Shown here piece by piece: positions 47,400 through 60,800 of a stretch of 64,000 nucleotides of DNA. The notes beneath the pieces are model-generated. The model did not search any database. It was not told the origin of the DNA and saw only the letters and a list, made by a program, of their open reading frames with translations. Each line of letters begins with the position of its first letter. The stretch's first letter is position 1. A program made the position numbers and the translations under genes. Origin of the DNA: the human T2T-CHM13v2.0 reference genome, Homo sapiens; NCBI RefSeq assembly GCF_009914755.1, contig NC_060925.1; one strand, given 5' to 3'.

Positions 47400-49410
47400 G
47401 TGAATGAATAAATGACATTATCAACGAAAAGGAAGACAAGTGACAGGGAAATTAAGAGAGAAAAACGTTAGGTCCTACACTTCTAGGTCCAAAGTGACAG
47501 CTACAAAATTACATAGAGGGGGAAAGGTACAGCTTTATGTGTAAAAAAACACTAAATACTTTAGTCGATAACTAAACTTGCTATGAGTTGGTCAACGGTG
47601 TGATTTTTGTAACTCCCGAAATCTTATTCAAATGTAGGTTTTATTAATTAAAATATAGGATAAAAGATAGACAAGGGTCTATGTTGTTCTACTCTTTACT
47701 GCACTGATTATTGATCACTTCTAGGTGCCTGGGATGTTGAAGGGACTCAAAATCCTATAATATGAGAGGGAAAAGTTTAGCATTTTGGCCCAAAGATGTG
47801 AAGACTCAGGGGGTACATTTATTCATTTATCATTCATTCATTTGACAGATATTTATTAAGTACCTATTATATGCTGGTCTTTTTCTTTATAGAAGTTGCA
47901 TTCAAGTGTGTGTGGGTGGGTGGGTTGGGCATATAAATAAATACCACAGACAATTATATATGTCATACATAATGTATTATATAATAGAAATTATGTGACA
48001 TTTAATATGTGATAATGCAACACACATGAGTTTGTGTTTGTGTCAGGAAGTGGTAACTGCTGTGGAGGGAGCAGGGGTGTTAACAGGGCAGGTCGACATT
48101 GTATAGGGCATGGTCAGGACAGGCTTCTCTGATAAGCTGACAGCTGAGAGGACACCCGACAGAAGTGGGGTGGTGAGCTGAATAGATAGTGAGGGAACAG
48201 TGAGTTTGAGTCTCTAAGGCAGGGGCCGGCCTGGTGAATTTGAGACATAGTGTGGCTGGGGCCAAATGAACAAGGGAGCCCTGTGGGGAGATAAGGTCAG
48301 AGAAGTAGTGGGGGCCAGGTCATGCCCAGCCTTGTAAACCCCTGTAAGTTATTTGGCTTTTACACTGGATAGATGGTCACTGTTCTCAAATGCATCCACA
48401 TATCAAACATGTATTATGCCCTAACCTGTCCTTGAGAAACTCTCATTTTCATGGAGGAGATGAAAACACAAGCAATATAACGACAATGCAATGTGATAAT
48501 TACCATGGCTAACAAATACATCAGCTGCTCTGAGAAGGCTGGAGGAGATGCTAGCAACTCTGCCGGGGGCTGCAGGGAGGGGCACGCAAAGTGGGTGGGG
48601 TGGCCATCAGTGTCATTTGCCAAATATTTCTGGCCTGGCTTTCCAGGACTGCATCTTCCAGCCCTGTCTTGGTTAAGTGAGGCCATGGCACTAGTTCTGG
48701 CTGATGAATTGTGAGAGGAAGTGGTGTGTGTCTTTTCTGGGCTGGTACATTAACATTGCTGATGGGAGACACCCTAGAGCTTTCTCTCTCTGGAGGTGAC
48801 TGGCAGAGTTCAAGATGGTGGCTGCTCTGCTCTGCCAGCCTGGGCCTCTGAGTGACCACAGAGTTTCCTGCTGACTCACAGTGGACATGTCATGTGAGAA
48901 CATGTCATGTGAGAAATAATCTTTTGGTGTTTGAAGCCCAGATTTGGGGATTGCTTTTTCCCACCACGTAACCTACCCTATCAGGGGATAATACCAAACT
49001 TGACTTTAATGGATTATTCTTTAGGTGGAGAAGGCCAAAGTTCATTTCACACAGAAGAACTTACATTTGCTAAAACTATGATATGTGCAAGAGCATGGCT
49101 TGTTCGATGAATGCAAATATTTGAAGGGTTGTAAAATGCTAAGTATATGGCAAAAGGTCCCAGGGAAGTGGTTTCCACCAAATGGGAGAATCTACAAGGA
49201 AACAGATTTTAGCTCAAAATACAGACTAGCATTGCTAATAATGAAAGTTACCTGGGTGTCATGGTAAGTAGTGACTTCCTGGTCACTGGAAGTGTTCAGG
49301 TACAAGCGGAAACACAACTTAATGAGAGTGTTGAAGAGGGGATGTTAAGCATCAGATGAGCGATTGGGCTAGAACGAACATTGAGGTCTTCTCTTTCCTG
49401 ATACTTTATA
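47400..49410 (+). mobile_element. Ancient CR1/L3-like LINE relic with nested L2 and MLT1 insertions
   Basis: aggtcctacacttctaggtcc... and 3' text gtagtgacttcctggtcactggaagtgttcagg...gggctaga. An L2-like block lies at ~47820-48380 and an MLT1 block at ~48600-48985. Judged by eye. Confidence 0.45.
48600..48985 (+). mobile_element. Old MLT1 (H/I/J-like) LTR
   Basis: ggccatggcactagttctggctgatgaattgtgagaggaagt and gtgagaaataatctttt motifs. Confidence 0.6.
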
Positions 49411-49456
49411 AATTCTTGGTCTTAGTGGGTTTTGAGGAGCTAACCCACTATAATAT

Positions 49457-49922
49457 GGCATTAGTTCCCTAGGGTTGCTGTAACAAATAATCACAAACTG
49501 AGTGGCTTAAAACGACAGAACTATATTCTCTCATAGTTCTGGTGGCAGAAGTCCAAAGTCAGGCATCAGCAGGGTTGATTCTTCCCTAGGTCTCTGAGAG
49601 AGAATCTGCCCCATGCCCCTCTCCCAGCTGCTGGTGGCTGCTAGCATCCCATGCCATTCCTCTGCTTGTAGGTGCATCACTCCCGTCTGTGCCTCTGTCT
49701 GTGCACTGTGTTCTCCTTGTTTCTTCATATAGTTGTCTTCTTAAAAGTACAGCAGTCACAATGGATTAGAGGAACCACTCTACTCCAGTATGATCTCATC
49801 TTAACTTCATTACTTATATCTGCAATGACCCTATTTCCAAATAAGGTTACATTCTGAGGTTCTGGGGTTAGGACTTCAACACGTCTTCTTTGGAAAGCGG
49901 GGACACAATTCAGCCCATAACA
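49457..49922 (-). mobile_element. MLT1C-like solo LTR
   Basis: ttagttccctagggttgctgtaacaaa...ggggacacaattcagcccataaca, with TSD aatat/aatac. Confidence 0.8.
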
Positions 49923-50954
49923 AATACTAGTAGTAATTGGGTCAAGCTAAGCATTTTCCTTGTATTATTTTATTTATTTCTCACAGCAACCTATAAGCTA
50001 CAGAAGAGTGATATTTAGGAGTCAAGATATTTAGCGATTGTTACGGTTTGGGCTGCAACCAATCAGAATGGGGCATCAGTCAATCAGACTTGCTGCAGAC
50101 AACCAGCAGGGCCCTATGGTGATTTTCCTGTGATGGTAGGTCCTCTTTCTATCTCCATTATTTAAGATGAAGAAAATCAATCTCAGGAAAGGCCAAAGGA
50201 TTTGACCAAGATTGCAGTTAATGGGCAGATGAGCCAAGACTGAACCCAGATTTTGCTGACCATGGTCTGTGCTCTTAGTGGCTGTTTTCCAGCCAGCTTT
50301 AATTAGGGTCTTCATACTAATTTCATGAAAAGACTTAGAGCTCTTACAAGTCAACACTCTTCTCCCCCTGGGTTCAGATTTAGGACTTCCTGACAGGGAT
50401 GACTTTGAGATTAATGTTTTCTCCACCAATCCAAGCGATCTCCCCAGAAATTGCTTCAGTCTCTCCTCCTTGAGAGGAGGCTTGTTTGATGGCTCTTTAT
50501 TTAAAAGTCTCCAGCCTCTATAGTGTCCCCCAAATCAGGAGCAATTGTAACCCAGTAAACCTTGATCCTAGAGGAGCTGGGTGACATTTTCTAAACTTGT
50601 CATTTTTCCAGAACAATTCTCCACCGAGCCAGCAGTTACAGAAACCCATGGCCTTTCATGGACTCCCTCTGGCTTCATTCACTTCTCTGAGATCCCCCAA
50701 TGTGTCCCGCACTCCAGCTCCACCCAAGGGATGGATGATAATCCATCCCTTGTCACACCACCATCAACCTCTCTGCTTCTCTCCTGTGCTGCTTTTCTAG
50801 GGGAAGGCAGAGAAAGAAGATAGAATGAATGGCATGAGGTGCTCCATTTTTCTCACTTTCTCTGAGCCCTGCTGAAGGGGGAAGTGAAACTAATGTTTAT
50901 TAAATGCCTGCTTAATCAATGTGCCTCTAGTGTTGCTAAGCTCATGTCACTTAA

Positions 50955-51431
<477 letters not shown>

Positions 51432-51753
51432 TGAGGAAGGCGTGGCCTAATGCTGTGGCATGTCTGGAAGTGCTGCATTGGATATGTTCATCTCCTTTAG
51501 AGAGGTCCCACTTGTTCTGGGACCCATTCTGTGTCTTTGGTATGAGGCAGTGGGTAATGTTTAAACCACATGCAAAACCTGTCTCCAAAGGCAACAACTT
51601 AGAAGGCTCGAGGGGACTAGCAGAGCCTCCTCTCTGCCCTTCACTCTCTTCCTGTATCTCAGATGAGTCAAAGAGACTAGAATGAGTAAGAGTCCAGGAC
51701 TAGAACCAAAATAGACCAGTTAAAGAGATAAAATGGTGGTAGGAGAAGCAGGA

Positions 51754-52308
51754 TGCCATGGTCTGAATGTTTGTGTCCCTCCAAAATTCATATGCTGAAA
51801 TTCCCAAGAGGATGGCATTAGGAGGTAAGGGCTTTGGGAGGTGATTAAGTCATGATGGCAAAACCCTCATGAATGGGATTAGTGCCCTTATAAAAGACGT
51901 AGAGAGAGTTGGGCACAGTGGTTCATGCCTGTAATCTCAGCACTTTGAGAGGCCAAGGCAGGTGTATTGCTTGAGCCCAGGAGTTTGAGACCAGCCTGGG
52001 CAACATGGCGAAACCATGCCTTTACAAAAATTACAAAAATTAGCCATGCATGGTGGTGTGTGTCTGTAGCCCCAGCTACTTGGGAGGCTGAGGTGGGAAG
52101 GTCACTTGAGGCTGCAGTGAGCTGAGATTGTGCCAGTGCACTCCATCCTGGGTGATAGAGTAAGATCCTATCTCAAAATAAAAGAGAGGTAAGGATACTC
52201 CTTACCTGGGACTTCCCAGCTTCTAGAATGGTGAGAAATAAATTTCTTTTGCTCATAAGCCACCCAGTTTACGGTATTTTCTTTTAGCAGCCCAAGTGGA
52301 CTAAGACA
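51754..52308 (+). mobile_element. MLT1A-like solo LTR interrupted by AluJ
   Basis: tgccatggtctgaatgtttgtgtccctccaaaattcatatg ... cagcccaagtggactaagaca. Confidence 0.8.
51907..52183 (+). mobile_element. AluJ-like element with small right-arm deletion
   Basis: ttgcttgagcccaggagtttgagaccagcctgggcaaca J diagnostics. Confidence 0.88.
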
Positions 52309-54170
52309 GGGGAAAAAGAGGGAAAAACAGAGAAGGAAGAAAAAAAAAAGAGAAGGTGGAGGAGAAAAAAAATGGAAGAGTGCCAGGCTGGTGGAGAAAC
52401 AAATAAGAGTTTCGCAGGTGGACTGTGAAAATATAAACCTGAGGGATGGATAATACACCCAAGGCTCAACGATACACTAACAGTTGTGAGCAAGACAGAT
52501 GGTTAATGACCCTACAAATGGGAGTGCAAGAGAGTTGCAGTAATTCGATAGATTGATACTCAAGAGATCCGTGCATTTCCATTGATTCATGTCCTCCACT
52601 CCAGCTTCCTTATCAATATAATTATCATGGCCAGCACCAGAGGTGTCTCCGGGTAATTTGTAAGAGGTGGATAGCAAGATTGTCCTCAAGGCTGATTTAG
52701 TGCCTTGTTAATGAGGTGCTCACTCCCCTCTAGGGAGGCCTGTGGGGAGAGACTTGGGTCACCCAGGTTGGCTGAAGCTTGTGTCCCACCTAAAGTTGTT
52801 TTTCTTTTCCTCTTCCTCCCCCACATGACCTCCTCTGACTTTTGAGGGACTGGGAGGAAGGACTGGGAAGGTGAGGAGGAAAAGAAGTAGCTAGAAGGTA
52901 TCCACATGCCTTTGAGCTTTTTTCTTTTCTTTTTCTTTTTTTCCCAGAGTCAAAATGGGGTGGAAAATACCAACATGGGCCACTGGGGCCTCAGGGCAAA
53001 AAAAAAAAAAGGTGCAGGAGGGAGAATGAAATGAGCGTGAAGGTTGTTGGGCAGGGAAGGAGAAGTGACCTCCTGGGGTTGGGTGGCTGGTGCTCGATTT
53101 GGATTTTCCAGCTTCTGCCATTTGTGGTCCCCACTCCGTCCTTAGGGGTGATTTATAAACCAGAACTATATCTGTGGAAAATGACACTCTTTTTTTGTGC
53201 TTTTTTTTTTTTTTTTGTTAGAATTCGTTTAAAAATAGTTTCCTCCCTGCCGTTGGGATGCTCTGTCACTTGGAGAAAGAGGGTAATTATGAAAGACGAG
53301 GGTGTAATGTGATTACAGCCGGCCCCATTGTGTCAGTGGAGGCAGCGCTGGGCTGCTGGGAGAACTCGGAGCCAGCTCCTCTCCATCAGCGCTGGGCCTT
53401 TATTGGGCCTGTCAGATTTCTGAAAAGAACCCGAGGGCAGAAAACTCCCAGCAGACAGGACTCCATGGCTGGCCCAGAGCTGTCAACAAGGACATGGAAT
53501 GGTGTGGGAGGATGTGCTGGGCCAGCCTGGGTGCTGCCTCCCACTAGGCGCGGCTGCCCAACGCCCCTGACCACGTGCTGTTTGATGTATCCCCATGTGG
53601 GAATCTGCAGGAAGGGTCTTTGGTTCAGAACCTAATGGATCCACACTCATTTTTCAGCACATGCGGTCAGCCCAGCATGTTCGTGGCTTCGTGTCAGTGT
53701 GGATTAGGAGAAACCTCAGTGGGTGGTATATGGGACCCAGCTTCTGGTCTTGTCCTGGGGTTCTGCCTTGTACTACCTGGGAGAACTCTAATTGACATTA
53801 CCTTTCACAGAGACACTCTTTCATCTGGAGAATGGGATCTTGAGTATCAATCAAGGGAATGATACCAGCGGAGTAATGAAAATATCATGATTGGAAGTGA
53901 AGATTGGAAGTGAAGGTGAGGTCAGCTAGTTTGGGGTACCCACTTACAATACAACTGGCAAGGCTGGGCAAATCTTACTGCTGGGGGTGGGGGCGCCTAT
54001 TTCTTTTTAGGCAGCTGTTGATAGAAAGTCTGTCTTGTAACTTTAGCTTTTAAATTTTATGATGCATGGACTAGGTTTCCCTATGATAAATAGAAACCTA
54101 ATTTAAGTGAGAATTTATTTGATTTTTATAGGCTACAGAGAATTCTTAACATCTGTAAAGCTTCTGACAA

Positions 54171-54250
54171 TTATATATATATATACACACACACACACTA
54201 TATATATAAAACACATATACAAACACACAGACACACATACACACATAAAC
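54171..54250. repeat. (TA)n(CA)n compound microsatellite
   Basis: Read directly from the sequence. Confidence 0.85.
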
Positions 54251-54781
54251 ATATTGTATATGATCCCATTTAATCCTCACAAGAATTGATGAGATTATTC
54301 CCATTTTATAGATGAGGGTATGGGAATGATTTGCCCAAGACACACAGTAAGTTAGAGCCAGACTAAGTCCTGAATCACATTTCTAGGCTCTCAGTTCAGT
54401 AGTAGACACCATAGCCTCCCTTCAGCAGCTGCCTCTATCCTTGGGAAGTAGGTAGGATATAAATAATGAATTCCTAATTAATCTACACCATTTTGGTCAG
54501 AAATTCTTCTAAGCACCTGACCTTTTGCTATCATTAATGTCTATTTTTCATCTGTGTTTCTTGAGCTTGGAGAACAGCATGTCACCATTCACTGTTCAAT
54601 TATTCTTCTTGAAGAGTCATATTACCTTTCATCTTTTTCTTCTCTACATTTAATACAACTGCAAAGAAAGTTTCTTTGCAAGAAAGTTTGCCAGCCAGAC
54701 TGTAGCCCAAGTTGATGGTTTCTGTTTCCTGCCCACACTCCTTAGAACAGATTGAGAAATTGGTTTGAAATATAAGAAGTG

Positions 54782-55203
<422 letters not shown>

Positions 55204-56516
55204 CTAGGCTAATACACACGAAACTGAAGAACAAGGCAAGCCAGTCCATTTTTATGTATTGAATTAACATTACTAATTTAAAATTAGTGTTTTAAAGGTG
55301 AGCAGAGATGAGTGTGGGAGACGTGACTGGAGAAGGCTTTGTGAAGAGATGGTATCCGAGTCCAGATGGAGGGGGATGGTGGAGGGTGGAGAGGAGTTGT
55401 GGGCAGTGGGTGGGAGAGGGGGCGGCAAAGGGTATAGAATCAACAAAGTTAACTGGAGCCCCCAGGCCAAATGAAAGGAAGTATGGCTGCTGAAGGGACC
55501 ATCTTCAGTCTTCATGAAGGCTTAAAGTTGATTAACAGTGAAAATAATACATACACACTTGGTGTGTGCCTGTTAGATAAGGGACTGGTCGCATATTAAC
55601 GTATTAGCAGATGGACCACTGGATATCAAGCTCTGGAAACACTACTAATATGTGCTAAACATGGGCTCAGAACTTCCAAGTAATTATAACTGTAAATGTA
55701 GGAACTGATTGCTTGCTTTTTTTTTTCTTAGAACATTGAAACCCTTTAGAAACAAACAAATCTTAGGAATAGTCACCTTTGAAAATTGTACTCATCCACA
55801 TCCAGAATACCAGATAAATTTATCTGCCCTAAAAATATCAAATGACAGATTCAAATATCAAATTCATGCTGTTTCCAATTATATAGCATAACTATATTGG
55901 AGTTGATCCTTCCAGCAGGAAGCAAATAATTGCTTTCATATATTGGATAGCCATTCGTTTCTTCAGATTACTTGTGTGCTAGAAGTGGCAATGTATTAAA
56001 GTTCAGCTCTAGTGGTCTAAATGAGTTATTTACTTCATTGTGTACATTATGTCTTTTAGAGCATTAAATAGCACCGCCCTGACCCAAAGACTACAAGCAG
56101 GTGAATTATACCTTCTAGTGCATGAAATAACATAATTATTTTCTACCTGAAATTTGAGGAAGCTCTGAGAGTACTGGTATATGGAGCAAAACCTGCTTAA
56201 TTAAATTCAGTTACACACTGATTGCATGCCAGGAACAGGACTAGGTTCCATTCTAGATGTTGAGGTCAGGATAGAGAAGTCTCAGGCGACCCCCTGTGTG
56301 ACTAGGAGAAAGATATTCATATAACAAGCATAAATAGCAGGACATGAGAAGTACCATACCAGAGGTATGGGAACTTCTTCTGGGAGTCCAGCAGAAGGAG
56401 GCATTTCAACTGCAAGACTTCTCTAGAGAAAGACTAATGGAAAAGATGGCTTTTGAGCTGGGTCTTGAAGAATGAGAAAGATTTTGAAAGGAGGAGGCAA
56501 TGGAAAAGGCAGTTGA

Positions 56517-56842
<326 letters not shown>

Positions 56843-57612
56843 TCATGTTTGTAGAAGGGCTTGGTTCCTGGGATAGTACAATGTAGGGGTGATTGTATTC
56901 AGGGATGAAGTGTACTAAGAAGATGTCAGAGATCCTTGACTGGCATTTTTAGAAATTTGCTTTGTATCTGTGTGCTTGTTGAGCCAGCAATGTTTTCAAA
57001 GCAGGGCATAACATGATTAAGAGGCCCTTTGATGTCTGCAGTTGCAATTGGCCCCAAAGATGAATTTCAACCTGAAAAACATAAAAGATTTTTTTCTTAT
57101 CGCTTATCTTATTTTGCAGTTATTTAGTCAGTAAGGCTCAGATTAGCCTTCCTCATTACTTTGGAGAATGGTTCTTCAGGGTACATAATTTCTTAAATCC
57201 CCTTTCTCTCACTTTCTTGACAAAATGCATTTTGCTCTCCATTAAGTTATACTGCATCATCTTTGTTCATTATTGTTAAAAGGGGTGCCAATGGAATTCA
57301 AATGTTCTTTTATTAACTGCTAAATTTAGGATATATATTGTAAAATATTGGACTTTTAAATGTGTTCAATCTGAATAAAGACAAGAATTGACCATTTAGC
57401 TACATGCAGCTGCCTTTCTGACAGCGTAAGAATACAGATGGCACTGACTGGGCTCTGAGGGATGTTGATAAACAGAGCACGTTTTGAGGGTTCCCAAAGT
57501 TCGTGTGGGATCCATATAGGTTATTAAAAAAACCCACTAAGGGGATGCAGAACATTTCAGGGGGTTTGGGGTTTATATCTGAAATAACTTGTGCATGGTG
57601 TCCAATTCCTCT

Positions 57613-57856
57613 GTGGCACGATCTCGGCTCACTGCAACCTCCGCCTCCCGGGTTCAAGCAATTCTCGTGCCTCAGCCTCCCAAGTAGTTAGGACTGCAAG
57701 TGCCCACCACCACGCCCGGCTAATTTTTATATTTTTAGTAGAGAAGGGGTTTCACCATGTTGGCCAAGCTGGTCTCAAACTCCTGACCTCAGGTGATCCA
57801 CCGACCTCAGCCTCCCAAAGTGCTGAAATTACAAGTGTGAGCCACCGCACCTGGCC
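57613..57856 (-). mobile_element. AluS lacking its 3' end and poly(A) tail, sense to TNR
   Basis: Alu homology runs from gtggcacgatctcggctc to gcacctggcc, with no T tract. Confidence 0.9.
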
Positions 57857-60800
57857 CCAATCCCCTTTTACTGGAGTTCTTCTTCCTTCAGCACAACTTC
57901 CCTTTCTCCCTCAGCCTTTGCAGTGCACTGCTGTGTGGGACTCCTTCTCTTGGCACACACACTCCTTGGAACTCTTAATTTGCCGCTCCAGAGCTTCACT
58001 CTTTCCCAGCAGGCTACCTTGCCCTGGAGCTTCCCATTCTGCCGAAGGGGAGCTCCACCCAGAGAGGCGTGGTGTGGAGGAGAGTCAGGCCCTCGCTGCC
58101 TCCCTGGGAGGCTGCCTCGGGCTGGCTGTGCCCCTTGGCTGAAGGGCACTGCTTCTCTCAAGGTGACCTTCTCTACACCACTGAGCAGACTCTATTTCCA
58201 GGTTTTGGTAGCCTCTCACCCACATCTCTCACCTCTTTGGGGCTCAACTTCAACGAGACCTGACCACCTGGACACAGTTCCCTCACTGACCAACCCGTGG
58301 CTGTCCTGTGCCTGTCCCTGCAGGTACCCACAGGAATCTGACTTCCTGGAGGGGCTGTTTAATCCAGATGTTTCTTCCTGTCCCCAAGTCTATTTAAAAC
58401 TTACCTTCCTCTGTGACTCATTCCCTCCGTAGTCAAATGCCAAAGTGATACAAGATACAGCATTGGCAATAAATTAATGCCTTCTGAAAACCTATTTGGA
58501 AACAGGTAAGCCTTATACCATAAATAACAGTGACATTTTCATTTTAACAACAGCCTTCAACTAACCTAACAGTGGACTTGGTTCAGTGTGGCTTCATGCT
58601 GTAGCAGAGAAGAAGATTTATTGCCTGTAAAAGATTTCAACATTTTTTCTCACATTGATCTTCCTACCTTTCCCCTTTTGAAAAGCACTAAAATGAGTCA
58701 GAATAACAGAACACCTGGTATTTGTAGAGCTCATCTGAGTTTTCAAGGTGCTTTCATAATCACGACTGATTCCTCTACCAATTCTGTAAAGCATGTAAGG
58801 TGGGCGTATTGCTCCACTTTACAGATGAGTAAACTAAGGCTCAATCCTATGGATAACAAGCCATGAAGTTGGTAGTAAAGAAGTGCTCTGAGGGTCATGT
58901 ATGCTATCTCTGAGAAATTCACAGTGTAAAAAGGAATCCAGCTCACATTTTCTTTAGTTTGGTTTTCTCATAGGGAGATTGGAAAAATACAGTGACATTT
59001 AAAAAAATAATAAAGGTGCAGGTTTATTTAATTATTTATCTTTGTGTTTCAGGAAGAATACGCTCTCTGAATTTTTTTTTAAAGTTTCAGCCTTCTACTT
59101 TCTCTGCTTTCTGGACACTTATAGTTGCCTTAGTGAGCAGCTAGCTGAGGTGGGGGTGTGGGAGCTCACCAACATTGACTCCAAGCAGCAGAGCTGGACA
59201 TGGGTTGAGTCTGCAGCTGAGGGCGAGATGAGAGTGAGTGAAGTCAAAGCCAGTCATTGCGGAGGGAAACTTTGCTGTTTCTCTCTATGGATTTACTCAA
59301 CAATTCTCCTTCTCCAGGACTGGATCACCAGGCCCCATGAGGCTCTCAGATTTCCCTAGCAACAACTCAACACTTGATTCTTTCCTTGGAGTACTTAATA
59401 GGAAAACCTATTGCTTTGATCCTAGTTTGCATTATCAAACAGGATTGCTGCAGGGAAATCATTATAAAAGCATTCCCCTGCTCCCCTGCTGAGCAAGACA
59501 CTAGTTCTATTCACTAAATAGAAAGCCCAAAGCAGGTGAGCTATTTCCTAAAAGAATGGTTTTGATTATTTTCCATGTTATATTCATCAGGGGCTGTTAG
59601 AAGATAATTATAAGATAGTCAGTGACGTGTCTTTCTACCATTCTAGAATATTATACCTTCATTAGTCTAGACCCACAAATGTGTCTAGAATGATCCAAAC
59701 TTTTTATCTGTAAGATAAGTCTACAGTATTAAGTCAACAAGGAATATTTATTGCCTTTCTCCAAAATAACAAGATCTCTGGGCTCTTCCTACATGACCAA
59801 AAACGTGGGACTGGTGGCTAGGTTTGCCCAAACCAGCTGCATTTGATTAGGAAGGGAACATACCCACCAGCTTCAAGCTAAACTGATCAGATATGATTAT
59901 ATGCCCCAGAGCTTGTGCATTCTGCCCTGTCCCAATATGCATGTGGGGTTGTGCCATGAAGGAAAGGAAAGGAAGGGCTTTCTTAGACTGACATGTGCAT
60001 TGTCCAGGCACATGCCAACCAATCTTCTAAGGGCTTCATATATTACCTCATTTCATCCTCACAGCAGTCATATCACATCATTACTATCCCATTTTACAGA
60101 TGCAGCAATTGAAGAAATTGAGGTACAGAGTGGTTAAGTGACTTGTCTAAAAGTCACAAAGCCTTTAGGTGAGGGCACCAGGATTCAAAGTTAAGCAGCC
60201 TGATTCCATAGTCTTTGAATGTCAAGAGCTGTATGCAGTTGATTGGGAAGTCTTCTTATAAGAATTTGTGACAATCATCTCCCTCTCTGAGCTCCAGCAG
60301 AACTTGTTTTTACACTTATCACAATAGTTATCTGCAGAGCTGTTTGTTTTCCCCCTGGAGGGTCCCTAGAGGGCAGAGTCTATAATCTAGTTATCTTTTA
60401 TCGCAGCATTCAGCATAGAGCCCAAAGTCTAATAGGTCCTCTCTCTCTCTTTCAATACATATACACACACGTGATGTGGTTCCAGCCATCCTTACCTACC
60501 CAGGTGTCCTGCATATTTCCACAAATTGGTCTTTCCTGCTTCCCAAGCTTCTGGAATTTTTCTCTCTGCAGTGCTATCTGGGAGAACTGCTGCTGGGAGT
60601 GTGTGGGGTGGCCCCGAGAGGGCTGGGACCCACTGTCATGCTAGCCATTGGCCCAGTTTATTGTTTGGGTAACAAATTTTCTGCCTACCCACTTTGCAGC
60701 CTCTCCCACTGATAGCTCCAGGATTGTAGGTCTCCCCCCTAACCCCAGTTTCTCTTGATTACAGCTGCCTGTCACATTGTTTCTTATTATTGACCTTGGT

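Noticed and set aside
53538-53556. CTCF-like ccactaggcgcggc (and tggccacttggtagca near 26678)
   Set aside because: Mismatches at core positions; not supportable without ChIP data.
53651-53673. REST/RE1-like ttcagcacatgcggtcagccc
   Set aside because: Wrong half-site spacing and a mismatch in the GGACAG core.
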